From Octopus bimaculoides (taxonomy: Eukaryota), in the NCBI RefSeq assembly GCF_001194135.2, contig NC_068997.1, positions 12,078,186 through 12,121,914 on the forward strand: 43,729 nt of DNA. Reading direction: 5' to 3'. Below the pieces are notes generated by a model. That model did no database searches. It saw only the letters and a list, made by a program, of their open reading frames with translations, and was not told where the DNA came from. Positions 1 to 12,198 of the stretch are shown piece after piece. Numbering within the stretch: the stretch's first letter is position 1; the number at the start of each line of letters is the position of its first letter. A program made the position numbers and the translations under genes.

Positions 1-34
<34 letters not shown>

Positions 35-641
35 TATATGTGTGTTTTCGCATCTGAATGTATGTCCCACACAATGGTGATATATAGAAACTGAAATTAA
101 AAAAGAAAATTCGCAATTCCTTTTTTTTTAGTGTATTCCAATTGATCATATTATCCTAAAATACATTATTCCCTATCAGTTTCACTTTTCATGTTATTCA
201 CTCATCACAATGCACAAACGTTAACGCTGGCTGACAGCCTTCAGTGAGATATATTATAATGCATCAATCGAATATTCTCGTTGTAAACACCAAGGTAACT
301 AGAATAGTAACTTTATTTATGTTAAATTATTCTTAAAGGGGCGGACAAATATATTTTTGCAGTATCGATATTTATAGATGAAATACAAAATACGTTTTGC
401 AATTGAATGTCGATTAAGACTTGTTACTACAAATGTAATGACTGCCATACATTGTATTCTATAGTTTTCCGACTGAATGTAACGGAATGCAACCATTCGT
501 AGGACAAGCTTAAGTCTATTGTGAGAATGCTTCGCACAAAGGAGGTAATGTTATGCATGTTAAAATGTTCATAAAAACAAATATACTTCTCAAATATTAA
601 TATGTAAAATTAGATTAAAAAAAAAAATATGTGACACTATT

Positions 642-920
642 GAGCGGTCCTCAAAACCCCCGAAAACGCATCATTCGGTTCCGGGCCGCTCAGAAAGGAT
701 AAATTTGAAAATTTTTATTTCTGCTTTATTGACCATTGCAATCTGCATGGTGGTTTTGCATTATATATGTATTATATATGTAATATATGTACATGATATA
801 TGTAATAATTAGATTATATACCATGTACTATATTGTGTCGTATTATGTGCATGGTCCATTAAAAAAAATACAGTCTTGCCTGAAACCGGTTCGTGATGCC
901 AAAAAAGAATGGGGATGGTG
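642..920 (+). mobile_element. Decayed hAT-Charlie (MER1-like) MITE
   Basis: The left end GAGCGGTCCTCAAAACCCCC...TTCCGGGCCGCTCAGAAAG and right end GGTCCATTAAAAA...GTCTTGCCTGAAACCGGTTCGTGATGCCAAAAAAGAATGGGGATGGTG resemble the MER1/Charlie termini I recall (CAGCGGTCCCCAA / TTGGGGACCGCTG). No target-site duplication (TSD) visible. Confidence 0.55.
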
Positions 921-1378
921 ACCGTAATTTATTATCAGAAACTTGACTTTTCAATGTAATGCTTTGCTATCAACATTCATAAAGCGTGGCTCGACCGGAA
1001 GCAGCAATTCATATAATCAGAATAACACAGTCCGGAACACGCTATGTTACAAGGAGTGTGATACAATATACATTAAATTTCCATAAAGTGTAAGGATGAA
1101 TATATTTTCACAAATATTGGTAAATTTGAAAAAATAAGTATCATAATTGTCTAACGACTGGAACTCATTAAACAATTATGATACAAGGAGGCTGGTCGAT
1201 TACGTGGAACTACCGCAAGCGTTGTTTCCCCAAGTTTTAATGAGGAAGCCAATATACCAATCGTAATAATCGCAATAGTAATTATGTAAGCATATATTTA
1301 TAAATGTGTGTATGAGCGTGTATACATACATATATGCATATATATGAACGTATATATGTGTTTGTATGTATATGTATG

Positions 1379-1439
<61 letters not shown>

Positions 1440-1643
1440 NNNNNNNNNNNNNNNNNNNNNNNNNNNNNNNNNNNNNNNNNNNNNNNNNNNNNNNNNNNNN
1501 NNNNNNNNNNNNNNNNNNNNNNNNNNNNNNNNNNNNNNNNNNNNNNNNNNNNNNNNNNNNNNNNNNNNNNNNNNNNNNNNNNNNNNNNNNNNNNNNNNNN
1601 NNNNNNNNNNNNNNNNNNNNNNNNNNNNNTGATGACATGTAAA

Positions 1644-1871
1644 GGCGGTGATTTGGCAGAAACTTTAGGAAACCGGGTGAAATGCTTTGCGGTATTTCGT
1701 CCACTGTAACGTTCTGGGTTCAAATTACGCCGAGGTCGACTTTGCCTTTTATCCTTTCGGGGTCAATTTAATAAGTACTAGTTACGCACTGGCGTCAATA
1801 TAATCGACTTGATCCGTTTGTCCGTCGTGGTTTGTCCCGTGTGTGTACTCGCTATGGGTAGTAAAGAAATA
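1644..1871 (+). mobile_element. tRNA-headed SINE family B (Meta-domain-like body), unit 1 of a tandem dimer
   Basis: Head GGCGGTGATTTGGCAGAAAC...GGGTTCAAATTAC (A/B-box-like) and body GGTCGACTTTGCCTTTTATCCTTTCGGGGTCAATTTAATAAGTAC. Homologous copies at 10.9, 21.3, 26.0, 39.9 and 43.3 kb. Confidence 0.85.
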
Positions 1872-1872
1872 C

Positions 1873-2073
1873 GAAACTTTAGCAAGCCGGGCGAAATATT
1901 TAGCGGTATTTCACCTGTCTTTACGATCTGGCTTCAAATTCCGCCGAAGTCGATTTTGCCTTTCATCCTTTCGGGCTCGATAAATTAAGTACCAGTTGCA
2001 TACTGGAGTCGATCTAATAAACTGAGCCACCTCCCCAAAAATGTCGGGCTTTGTGCCTAGAGTAGAAAAGAAT
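1873..2073 (+). mobile_element. SINE family B, unit 2 of the dimer (5'-clipped, different tail)
   Basis: Restarts at GAAACTTTAGCAAGCCGGGCGAAAT with the same body. Tail is CCCCAAAAATGTCGGGCTTTGTGCCTAGAGTAGAAAAG. Confidence 0.85.
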
Positions 2074-2660
2074 CTGAGGACATGTACTCAGAGTGATAAA
2101 AATCAAACAACCAGTCAACATTATGGTGTTCGGAGTGAGCACTTTCATTCATTTCACTATATGGTGTCACAGACAACACAGAGGCCTACATCAAGTGCTT
2201 GGAGGAGGTAATGCTGCCCTGGGTCAAGAGGGTAGTTACTGGAAGACTCTATGTCTGGCAACAGAATTCTACGCCATGCTACACAAGCAGAACACAATCA
2301 TGGCTGTCAGACAATTTCGGTGCCTACATCACCCCTAAAACCTGGCCACCTAAGTCCCCAGACAGCAATCCACTTTATTATGTTCGGGGCACAGTTGAGC
2401 GAGAAACCAACAAAACTTCATGTAATACCAAGGATTATGAAGGCGAGGATTATGGTATCATTTAACAACTTAATCAAAGAGGCCGTCTAAGTTGCGCAGG
2501 AGATTCCGAAGTCGTGTGGAGGCTGTGGCTGAAGCCAATGGCGATTTCATTGAATAAATCTACTCATTAGTATTTCAAGATATGTTTATGTAATTTTGGT
2601 AAATATACCTGTTAAAATGACATGTTAGTGTTATCTTCATTTTTGCGTAATTTAAGAAGC
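2074..2660 (+). mobile_element. Tc1/mariner superfamily transposase relic, maT/DD37D-like, 3' part
   Basis: Frameshifted translation ...YIKCLEEVMLPWVKRVVTGRLYVWQQNSTPCYTSRTQSWLSDNF...WPPKSPDSNPL-YYVRG...RRFRSRVEAVAEANGDFIE*. Spacing between the second and third catalytic positions is about 36-37 residues. Confidence 0.85.
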
Positions 2661-2738
2661 TTATATATATGTATATATATATATATATACGTACATATAC
2701 ATATTCGCGTTTGAATGTGAGTCTAATTTATATAAGAG

Positions 2739-2744
2739 ATAGAC

Positions 2745-2819
<75 letters not shown>

Positions 2820-2822
2820 CAG
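2739..2822 (+). repeat. (GATA)n microsatellite
   Basis: Direct reading. Confidence 0.95.
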
Positions 2823-3331
2823 ACAGACTGACAGTATTTCTATTTCCGCTATGAATGACAAACATTTATTAACTTTCTCATTTACGATACCCCAGAGCGT
2901 ATATTTTCAATTACACTTCAACATGTCAGGTTAAATTGTAAAATCGAGATTCATAAATTTCCTATTAACTTCTCTGGAATTTTCCCAGAGCAAAATGTAT
3001 GCATGTACTATTATGAACACTGACTTTTCACTGCAGTTAAATTATCGGATTAAATCGATACCCAAAAGTTTTAAGGTTGTATTGATTATTACAGGATAAT
3101 ACCAATTTTGCGAACTGTTAAAATAGTTTAGAATTTGTTTGCTCTCTGTGTTGTCATAATTTTCATAATTTTATTATATACCATTTGTGGAGTTTAGTAT
3201 AATATCGGACAAATGTTCTCTCATTTGTAGCAATATAGAAAAACAAAATTCTAATCAAGTTCATACATACCAATGTGTGTTTGTGTGCGTGTGCGAGGGA
3301 GAGAGAGAGAGAGGGAGAGAGAAAAGAGTGT

Positions 3332-3365
<34 letters not shown>

Positions 3366-3720
3366 NNNNNNNNNNNNNNNNNNNNNNNNNNNNNNNNNNN
3401 NNNNNNNNNNNNNNNNNNNNNNNNNNNNNNNNNNNNNNNNNNNNNNNNNNNNNNNNNNNNNNNNNNNNNNNNNNNNNNNNNNNNNNNNNNNNNNNNNNNN
3501 NNNNNNNNNNNNNNNNNNNNNNNNNNNNNNNNNNNNNNNNNNNNNNNNNNNNNNNNNNNNNNNNNNNNNNNNNNNNNNNNNNNNNNNNNNNNNNNNNNNN
3601 NNNNNNNNNNNNNNNNNNNNNNNNNNNNNNNNNNNNNNNNNNNNNNNNNNNNNNNNNNNNNNNNNNNNNNNNNNNNNNNNNNNNNNNNNNNNNNNNNNNN
3701 NNNNNNNNNNNNNNNNNNNN

Positions 3721-3759
<39 letters not shown>

Positions 3760-3829
3760 TATATATACAAATATATATACAGATATATACACGGATAGGC
3801 AGGAAGTAAATAGACAACTTTAATTTTCA

Positions 3830-4496
3830 AAATCTATTTAATAGGCAAAGCGAACAATTGAAATGTAATCCATAGGTAGGAGTACATACTTTAGTATTTA
3901 GTTGACATTCCTTTTGCAGCTTTTAATTCAGAAGTTCTTTTTGGCATCGAACTGAAGAGCTTTGTGATTGTCTCTTGCGGAATTTCTGCCCACTTTTCAC
4001 ACAACAATCGAACGAATTTCTGTCGAGTTTTACGTATAGCTCTATCTAGAATGCTCCAAAGATTTTCAATTGCGTCAATGTCAGGAGATTGACTTGGCCA
4101 AAGAAGTTTTTTGATCCAATGTTCAGTCAGCCATTGCTGATTCCTTTCTGCTGTGTGGCATGGAGCCCATCTTCCATGAATAAAACCTCATTTTTGTTAT
4201 GTTATCGTGTGAATACATCGGAAATAGTCCTTGCTTAAGTATTTCGATGTATATTTCAGAGTTTATGGTTCCGACACATGCGATCATCTCAGAACGATTA
4301 TTGTTGGCTACAGCTCCCCATACCATTACAGAGATACCGCCATGTTTCACAGTTGGTTGGAGTCGCTTCATATCAAATTCTTGATTATTTCTTTGTGCAG
4401 CTGAAGATGGCACTTAATTTGAGTCGGTGTAATGATTGTATTGTTCAATTAAATAGAGCCGCTTGAAACGGTTGTACTGCATAACTACTTGATATC

Positions 4497-4498
<2 letters not shown>
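3830..4498 (-). mobile_element. Tc1 (DD34E) transposase relic, C-terminal half
   Basis: Minus-strand pieces LQPTVKHGGISVMVWGAV...INSEIYIEILKQ, then WPSQSPDIDAIENLWSILDRAIRK...WAEIPQETITKLFSSMPKR. Frameshifted, and ends against a (GT)n tract at 4500. Confidence 0.9.

Positions 4499-4499
<1 letters not shown>

Positions 4500-4562
<63 letters not shown>
4500..4562 (+). repeat. (GT)n microsatellite
   Basis: Direct reading. Confidence 0.95.
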
Positions 4563-4564
<2 letters not shown>

Positions 4565-5962
4565 ATATATATATATATGATTACAGTTTTACAATTTGTG
4601 CCAGTAAGTCTTTGAATTTGTGGCGGAAGGAACAGAAAAGAGATTAGAATAGCGATGGCATTGACGAAGGACAAAATGTTGGAAGCGGTTATATGCAGAC
4701 CGTAAATACCAGCATTGTTTGCAATGAAATGGAGTTTCCAAGTACTAAGCTTTAAATTATAGATAGAATATTGATCTAGGCATAGGTAGTTAATGACCCT
4801 TTAGGAACAAAATAAGTAAATAAATTAATAGATCAATACGATTAAATACATAAATATATAAATTATTGAATAGTTCAAAGAGATGAGATTATTTTTTATC
4901 TAGGGAACATTGAGATCAGAGAGACCTCGTCAGAAATTTAAAGCTGAAATTAATAAGTAAGTTAATGAGTAAATAAATGAATTATTATTATATTTAGTCA
5001 TTTCCAATTACTCGGTAACCTATTTATTGATTAATTTAAATTTTAAATTGCTAGGTTTTCTTCCGGATCCAAATTCCCATGACACAATAACNNNNNNNNN
5101 NNNNNNNNNNNNNNNNNNNNNNNNNNNNNNNNNNNNNNNNNNNNNNNNNNNNNNNNNNNNNNNNNNNNNNNNNNNNNNNNNNNNNNNNNNNNNNNNNNNN
5201 NNNNNNNNNNNNNNNNNNNNNNNNNNNNNNNNNNNNNNNNNNNNNNNNNNNNNNNNNNNNNNNNNNNNNNNNNNNNNNNNNNNNNNNNNNNNNNNNNNNN
5301 NNNNNNNNNNNNNNNNNNNNNNNNNNNNNNNNNNNNNNNNNNNNNNNNNNNNNNNNNNNNNNNNNNNNNNNNNNNNNNNNNNNNNNNNNNNNNNNNNNNN
5401 NNNNNNNNNNNNNNNNNNNNNATATATATATATATATATATATATACAGATATGCATGTGTATGCATAGATATGCATGCGTACATGTATGTATTCAAAAA
5501 TGTATATACATACAGTCAAAAATGTATTTTGGCCTTTTATGAATGCTTTTTCATAAATCCCTTGTTATTAATTTATTGTTTTATTTAAATTACTTATGAA
5601 ATTATTAGTTCGTCAGTTCATGAATTTTTCACTTAATTATTCATTCATTAATTTCCTTTAAAAACCACAATTCCGCCATACTCAGCACTTTCGTCGCCTT
5701 TTCCTCAATTATTTTCTGTTAATCTTTTTATCCAATCGACCTTTCCTGGTATTTCATAGACGCCCATCACATTTTACTATCTTTTACATCTGACAATAAA
5801 GTATCGTACATCAATTATTCAGCATTCTCTATATATTACCTTTCACACTGGCCTCTCATTTCAAAGTTACAATAAGTTCGCCTTTTAAATCTTAGAATTC
5901 AGATACTATGTTTTAATTAACCTCTCATTTTTACTAATAGCTACATTATTACTATGATTACT

Positions 5963-6052
5963 GTTGTTGTTGCCGTTGTTGTTGTTGTTGTGGTTGTCGT
6001 CGTCGTTGTTATTGTTGCTGTTGTTGTTGTTGTTGTTGTTATTGTTGTTGTT
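5963..6052 (+). repeat. Imperfect (TTG)n microsatellite
   Basis: Direct reading. It explains the poly-Leu ORF at 5964-6152. Confidence 0.9.
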
Positions 6053-6789
6053 GTTTATATTTAGTATTAACGTATTAGTTCTGCTCTGGCTATTGATAAT
6101 CCTCGGTTTTCCAGGGATTTTAAAACTTCTGATTAGATCTTTAAATACCTAATGTATTTTGATTGCACTAATGAGGTTTTTTTTGTTTTAATTAATTTTC
6201 ACTTCAATTTGAGAAAGTACAAATTCTATTAAATACTTTATTCTTGTTTTTTTTTTTTCTTCAATTTGACTTAAACGTCACTGGATGTTAACACTGTATT
6301 TAAGTGTTTCTATTAATAATTTTAGAAGCAACACTTTTTAAAAGCAAGTAATCTATTAAGTTGTATTTCACAGAAAAAGCCTAAATAGAATTATTTAAAC
6401 ATTTTGTGGAGAAGGACTGATTGGATTCTTACTGGCAGCCAATGAATTTAGGAAGCACCCCATACTCTGAAATAAAAGCAATATGACTACGAAACAAAAA
6501 CACACAATCAAGTTTGTTTTATAGCCAGACATATTTTTTTAGACATTTAATACCTGAGTCGTCTTAGCGTCAATAACGACGGCATAAACTGTAATAATAT
6601 TAGCAGCTACACATAAATAAATATTGCCGAGCAAGAAATACCCAATTAAAGATATTTCTGCCAAGTCTGCAAGTGTCCTGTATTTTCTCCATCAATCAGT
6701 TGTGGAAATGAAAGAGGCAAAACCTAAAATTGAAACAGTGGCAAAATAGTATTCTTAAGCCAATATTATCCTAATTGAAAAACTCTTAT

Positions 6790-7130
6790 ATCAGTAGACA
6801 AAGTAAAATCAACTCCAAGCAGTATTCTTATTGTCTTTATAGACATATGACGGTCTCCATCGAGAACAAAATGCAAATTTTCTCAACTAGCTCTGATGTT
6901 CTGACACCTCTCTCCCTCCCAGACCTCTCATCGTCACTGACCTCCTCTCTGGTGTCCTTAAACCTCTTGTGCCAGCGGAAACATGCTCGTCTCATGCAAG
7001 ACAGTCCATAAGCAGTTTGCAGTATTCCAGTATTCCAGTATTCCAGTATTCCAGTATTCCAGTTTGCAGTATTCCAGTAGCGTTTTTTCCTAGTTTGACA
7101 TTGTCTTCACGCGCCGACTGCTTTCTGAAA
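6790..7130 (-). mobile_element. mariner transposase relic, N-terminal HTH region
   Basis: Minus-strand VKLGKNATGILQT..AYGLSCMRRACFRWHKRFKDTREEVSDDERSGRERGVRTSELVEKI, then frameshift to DGDRHMSIKTI. This matches the mariner N-terminus pattern W.KRF..GRE.V.DD.RSGRP. Confidence 0.85.
7013..7080 (+). repeat. (CAGTATTC)n minisatellite inside the mariner relic
   Basis: CAGTTTG (CAGTATTC)x5 CAGTTTG CAGTATTC CAGTAG. Confidence 0.95.
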
Positions 7131-8406
7131 CAAATCAGTTGTAGCAAGTAGCATTTTGTGAGGTGCCGTCAAAATACTGTTACAGTTGGCATGTGAGAAT
7201 ATTAGATTTATAGTAATGATATGCTAAAATTACAATAATCTAGAACAGTTATAACTTCTTCTCCTAAAGATGTCTCAAGGCTTCTGGTATACTTCTCGCA
7301 CATATATATATATATATATATATGGGGGGGTTGTATGTGTGTGTATACATAGATATATATACATATATNNNNNNNNNNNNNNNNNNNNNNNATATATATA
7401 TATATATATATATGAATATATGTAAATGCATATACGCACTCACACACAAATATATATATGTGTGTGTATGTGTGTGAGTGTGGAGAGAGAGGAGGGTGAG
7501 AAAGAAAGAAAAGTCACTTCTTTCAATAATTAGAACATGTTAAGTTTGCGCTTGTGTCAAAATCCATTCGTTTATGTCTGAGATTAAGTTAGTAGAATTT
7601 CCTGCATAGAATCACTTCAATCATCGTCTCTAAGTTTCACTATATTGCATGTCTTCTGAAAACAATTAAAAACTAAAACCTTTTCCACATAAACTAATTA
7701 ATACTTTCGATTTCTATAGCTAATCGAATTAACCTTCATGGCAATGTACACACGTCTGAAGTAGTCGTAGTAGTATATTTAGAAAATAATGTTTACGTGT
7801 GTTCTGAAGTCATCACAAAGAAACAGAGTTGGAACCAAGTAATATTAGAGAAATTATCATTCTGCTTTCCTATTTTGTTCTTTTCTTGTGCTTAGTTTTA
7901 TATTTCCAATCTAATCACCGACAAAGATTTCATAAAATGTTGATCGTCTGAGATCACTCAGAACATTGAAATTGCTAAATTTATAACCTGCCAATATTGT
8001 TTGGCATAAATGTGAGTGAACCGAATTGTTTTAATATGCTGTGCTCGCTGGCTTGTTATTAATGTAATGGCACTTATATATATTAATGTTTATGGCATAT
8101 TAGTGGAAAGAGAATTTATATATTCATTTTCATATTGACACATACTTATACCGATTTCAATCTTACTTCCTTTATCTTCACGCAGTTGCATCTAATATTT
8201 ATCTCTATATGTCAATTTGTAATATTTACAACAGCGAATCTCAGACGAGAGTTAAATCTACTTTAAAGATGGAGATGCAAACTTGCATATATAAGTTCCA
8301 GTGGCCTTATGGTGTGTGTGGGGGGGTCGAAACGCAAACCAGAACAATCCTTGTCAGTTAGCATCATACAAAACAAGTGATAATATTTGGTTAAGGAAAC
8401 CATTTT

Positions 8407-8842
8407 TTTATCTTTTACTTGTTTCATTCATTAGACTGCAGCCATGCTGGGACACTTCCTTCAACAGTTTTATCAAATAAATCGACCTCGTACTAACTTT
8501 TAAGTCTAGTACTTATTTCATCGATCTCTTGCCGAATCTCTAATTTTAATAAATTAAGGGCGTAAACAAATCAACACTGGTTGTTAAGCGGTGGAGGGGG
8601 AGCATGTAGGAACATACACATATATAGATATATAGATAGATAGGGAGGAAGGGAGTTGAGAGAGAGAGATGTATATACTATAGTTATTCACAGTTTCCGT
8701 CTACTAAATTCACCTCACAAGGCATTGTATGTCCCTGGGATATTTTAGAAGATTCTTATCCAAGGTTCCGCACATTGGTACTGAACTTGAAAGAACTAAT
8801 TTGCAAATCAAGCTCATTAATAGCACAGTCATACTTGCGCCT
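8407..8842 (-). mobile_element. Bipartite SINE family A (tRNA-like head, internal microsatellite, tail), diverged
   Basis: The reverse complement aligns by eye to head 40214-40360 and tail 40455-40677, with a mixed TA/GA microsatellite between them. Confidence 0.75.
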
Positions 8843-10894
8843 ACATATTGATATTTAGTCTTTGAAATTTGAAATTACAAGGCACCATCCTTTATATTTT
8901 CTATAATAAACAGTAAAGATCATTTGGAAAAATTGCAACCAACCTAACAATAATACATATCGTAATGAGAACCCAATCTGTTACGCCTAGTGTTGGGACT
9001 ATCACCTTATTTCTGCTTGTATAGAAAATTATTTCTATTACATCTTCACTATATATAATAGTATATGTACTATATTAACTGATACATAGACGGAATGGAC
9101 ACTTTCTTGAACTAACAATTTGTGAGATTAATTCGAATTCGATCATAGGACCATGATAATAATGGTGACTAACCAAGAAATGATTTAGGCATTCATAATA
9201 ATCACTCCAGCAGTATCAATAATTGATAACTAAACTAAATTGTTCAGCGTATGAGCATGCGACAGAAAAATCAAAAAAAATATTCAAAGTCTAGGTGGCC
9301 TGAAATTATCTGAAACGCGAAATCTAAAACCTAAATTACACGAAACTGATGACAGTATTGTTGGGATGGCAACTGTGTGATAAATCAATAGAGAGGCAAA
9401 TATGGAGCCAGAAAACAAATGCTGAAAGTTTTCAAAACGCGGCACTTTAGAATAGATTATTTTTACCCCTTCAAAGTGTTCACTTGAAAGTTATAAATTG
9501 TTGAAGTAGCTATTTGTAACAAGCCACATTCCTACCTGAGAAAATACATTTGCTTCACCCAGCAATAATAAATCTAATTACCAACATAATGGATGAATTA
9601 TTGCTGGTTTCCTAGGATTTTAGAATTCTTCAAATAGCAACTTACTGTTGTTGCTCTCGGTCTGGTGGCATTCATAGTGTATGAAATACAAATGTTAATT
9701 ATAGCTTAAGCCTTACTTTTCAGAACTCCCCCGTCACTAAAAGATAATCAATATCTCCTCCATTCCGTGTTCGCATAGATAATTATAATGGCATAGTCGA
9801 CTGAGTATTTCGTTACTGATCAATTGCTGTGTTATCTGACTCCCGTAGTAAGGCTACTAAAGTTCTCGTGACACCATAAATAGACCTAGGAACATTATTT
9901 TTGTTACAAAAAAGACGGGACGGTCACCACTGGAAAACTTTCATCACAGATTCGATCGATCATACGTATCACTGCAAATATATACCTGTTGACAGGTAAG
10001 CTAAAACAAAATAGCCACCGTGAGTCACCGTGAGCAGTTATAACAACTGCAATATAAAAAGGGAGTTTCCTGAATAATTACTTAAATTGTGTTTCGAATC
10101 TTCTTTTAAGCCTCACAGTATCCACGGCAGTCAACAACAATGTCTGAAACTGTTCTAAGAAAAGTAAGTTCCTTTTTATCAATTAGAGGAAAGGATATTG
10201 CACATGACTAGTTTCAGGTTACTTTAGATTTGTAAGAAGGATTGAGAGATTATCTTGAAATACCGTCCGAATGCTTGTGAAACAGTGAACTCTGTTAAAC
10301 GCACCTAAGAAGTATATAGTGATGTTTAAATAGACATTGGATTAAGTCTACAATCCGAATAAAGCATGTCTGGATTTCAACTCAAAAGGGCGAAGAGCAT
10401 CTTGTCCAACAGACTAACGATTTCACAAAACCACCGTCCTTGAAAAGCAAACTTGAACTCGATGGTTCTTTCGTCCCATGTTCCAACATCTGTCCCAATT
10501 CAGCACACGTATGGTTCATACGTTTTGCAACTCTTAGTTATATATTATGACTATTGCTTCCGGTCACTCGAAAAACAACGTGTTAAAAATCTTAGGTTAT
10601 AGATCTTTCATCGAACGGAGGCGAATTGGCAGGTGGATTGGTAATCGATTGATAGAGACGTGGTCCTAATACACTATGATGCAGAGTTTCATGTGCTTAC
10701 GTTCAGTTTTTCAAATCCTACTTAAGTACACCTTACATTTCCTGTTTGACAAAAATATGTAACAATGAACTACTGAAAGCTATATAATTAACCAGAACGC
10801 ACTCCAGAATTGACAACCTGGCGCCTATATTAGAAACCTGTAGTTTACTGTAAGTGAAGAGAAAGGTCAGCTCCAGATTAAATACATATATATT

Positions 10895-11089
10895 TTCTTT
10901 TCTAATTTTGACACAAGGCCAGTAATTTTCATAGGAGCGTGAACGTTGATTACACTAACTCAAGTGATCAACTAGCACGTATTTTATCTACCCCAAAAAT
11001 TGAAGGGGAAATCGATTTCAGAGGATATGAACGCAGATGGAATGTCACTAAGAATTTTGCCCGGAGCGCTAACGATTCTGCCAGCTCAC
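10895..11089 (-). mobile_element. SINE family B, diverged
   Basis: Plus strand ends GCTAACGATTCTGCCAGCTCAC, the reverse complement of the family B head; body and tail homologous. Confidence 0.75.
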
Positions 11090-12130
11090 AATCTTTAAAT
11101 ACACGCACACACATATATAGGGTTCAAATTTTTTACAGGGCTTAGAAAAATTGAAGTACCGCTCCAGTAAGTTTGTCAATTTGAGAGGGGAATATGTCGA
11201 ATAAAAACATAATTATCTGATCCACTTGTACTTCCTTTTACACAAAATATTTACCCATGAACATTTCAGGACCTCCTCATATATTCATATACGTGTGTGA
11301 GCGCGCGCATACGCGCATACACATACATGCACAAACTCACACATGCACAGACTCACACACACACTTATTTATGTTATAGGACAGTATGGTACGTTATATT
11401 ACATACGTCTCTCTGTGTGTAAGTAAGTTTCTGTGTGTGCTTTTATACGCAGAATCTTTTATTTAGATATTTTTACTTTCCCATGGTTGATATTTACATC
11501 TTTTCTTCCATGTAGATACTGATCACTTGCAAGTCTTGTCAATACTAAGTAAAATATGTGTTTCTATGAGGAGATATCTGCTATATTTATCTATTATTTT
11601 TCATTAGTTGGTTTTAAAGACAAGGCGCACTCATATCTATACCATCTGTACTTCACAATATTTTGGTTGGTTCCTTTTATTAAAATGAAGTCTATTTCTT
11701 TAAAAAAAACCTTTTCCAGATTTTAAGCACCTCTTGAGTGACGTCTGCTTGCTAACGTTGTGAATACTCTCGCCTATTCAAATTTTGTAATCTTACTAAA
11801 TTGCGTATATGACAAACTGCTGTATAAATAGGTGTGTGTATGTGTGGGTATGTGTATACATGCATATACATGTGAATATATACATGTATACATATATAAA
11901 TACATCTGCATATACGCACGTGTGTATTGGTGTGTGTTTATGTGTGCGTGTAGATATAGATACATTGCCAGATTATACAGAGAGAAAGATTATGCGTGAG
12001 AGAGAGGGGGGGAGAAGTGAAGAATAAGAGTAGATGATGCTATTATATTGGTGTATGTGTATGTATATGTGTCAAAAGATTTAGATAAATATAGACAGAC
12101 ATAGACAGGAAGACAGACAGAGAGACAAAC

Positions 12131-12132
<2 letters not shown>

Positions 12133-12198
<66 letters not shown>
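12133..12198 (+). repeat. (GATA)n microsatellite
   Basis: Direct reading. Confidence 0.95.

Noticed and set aside
4905-4935. Minus-strand CUGACGA followed by hairpin GGUC-UCUCU-GAUC
   Set aside because: GAAA is absent (UCAA follows) and stems I and III cannot be formed.
9340-9385. CTGATGA followed by CAGT...ACTG hairpin
   Set aside because: No GAAA and no NUH arrangement.
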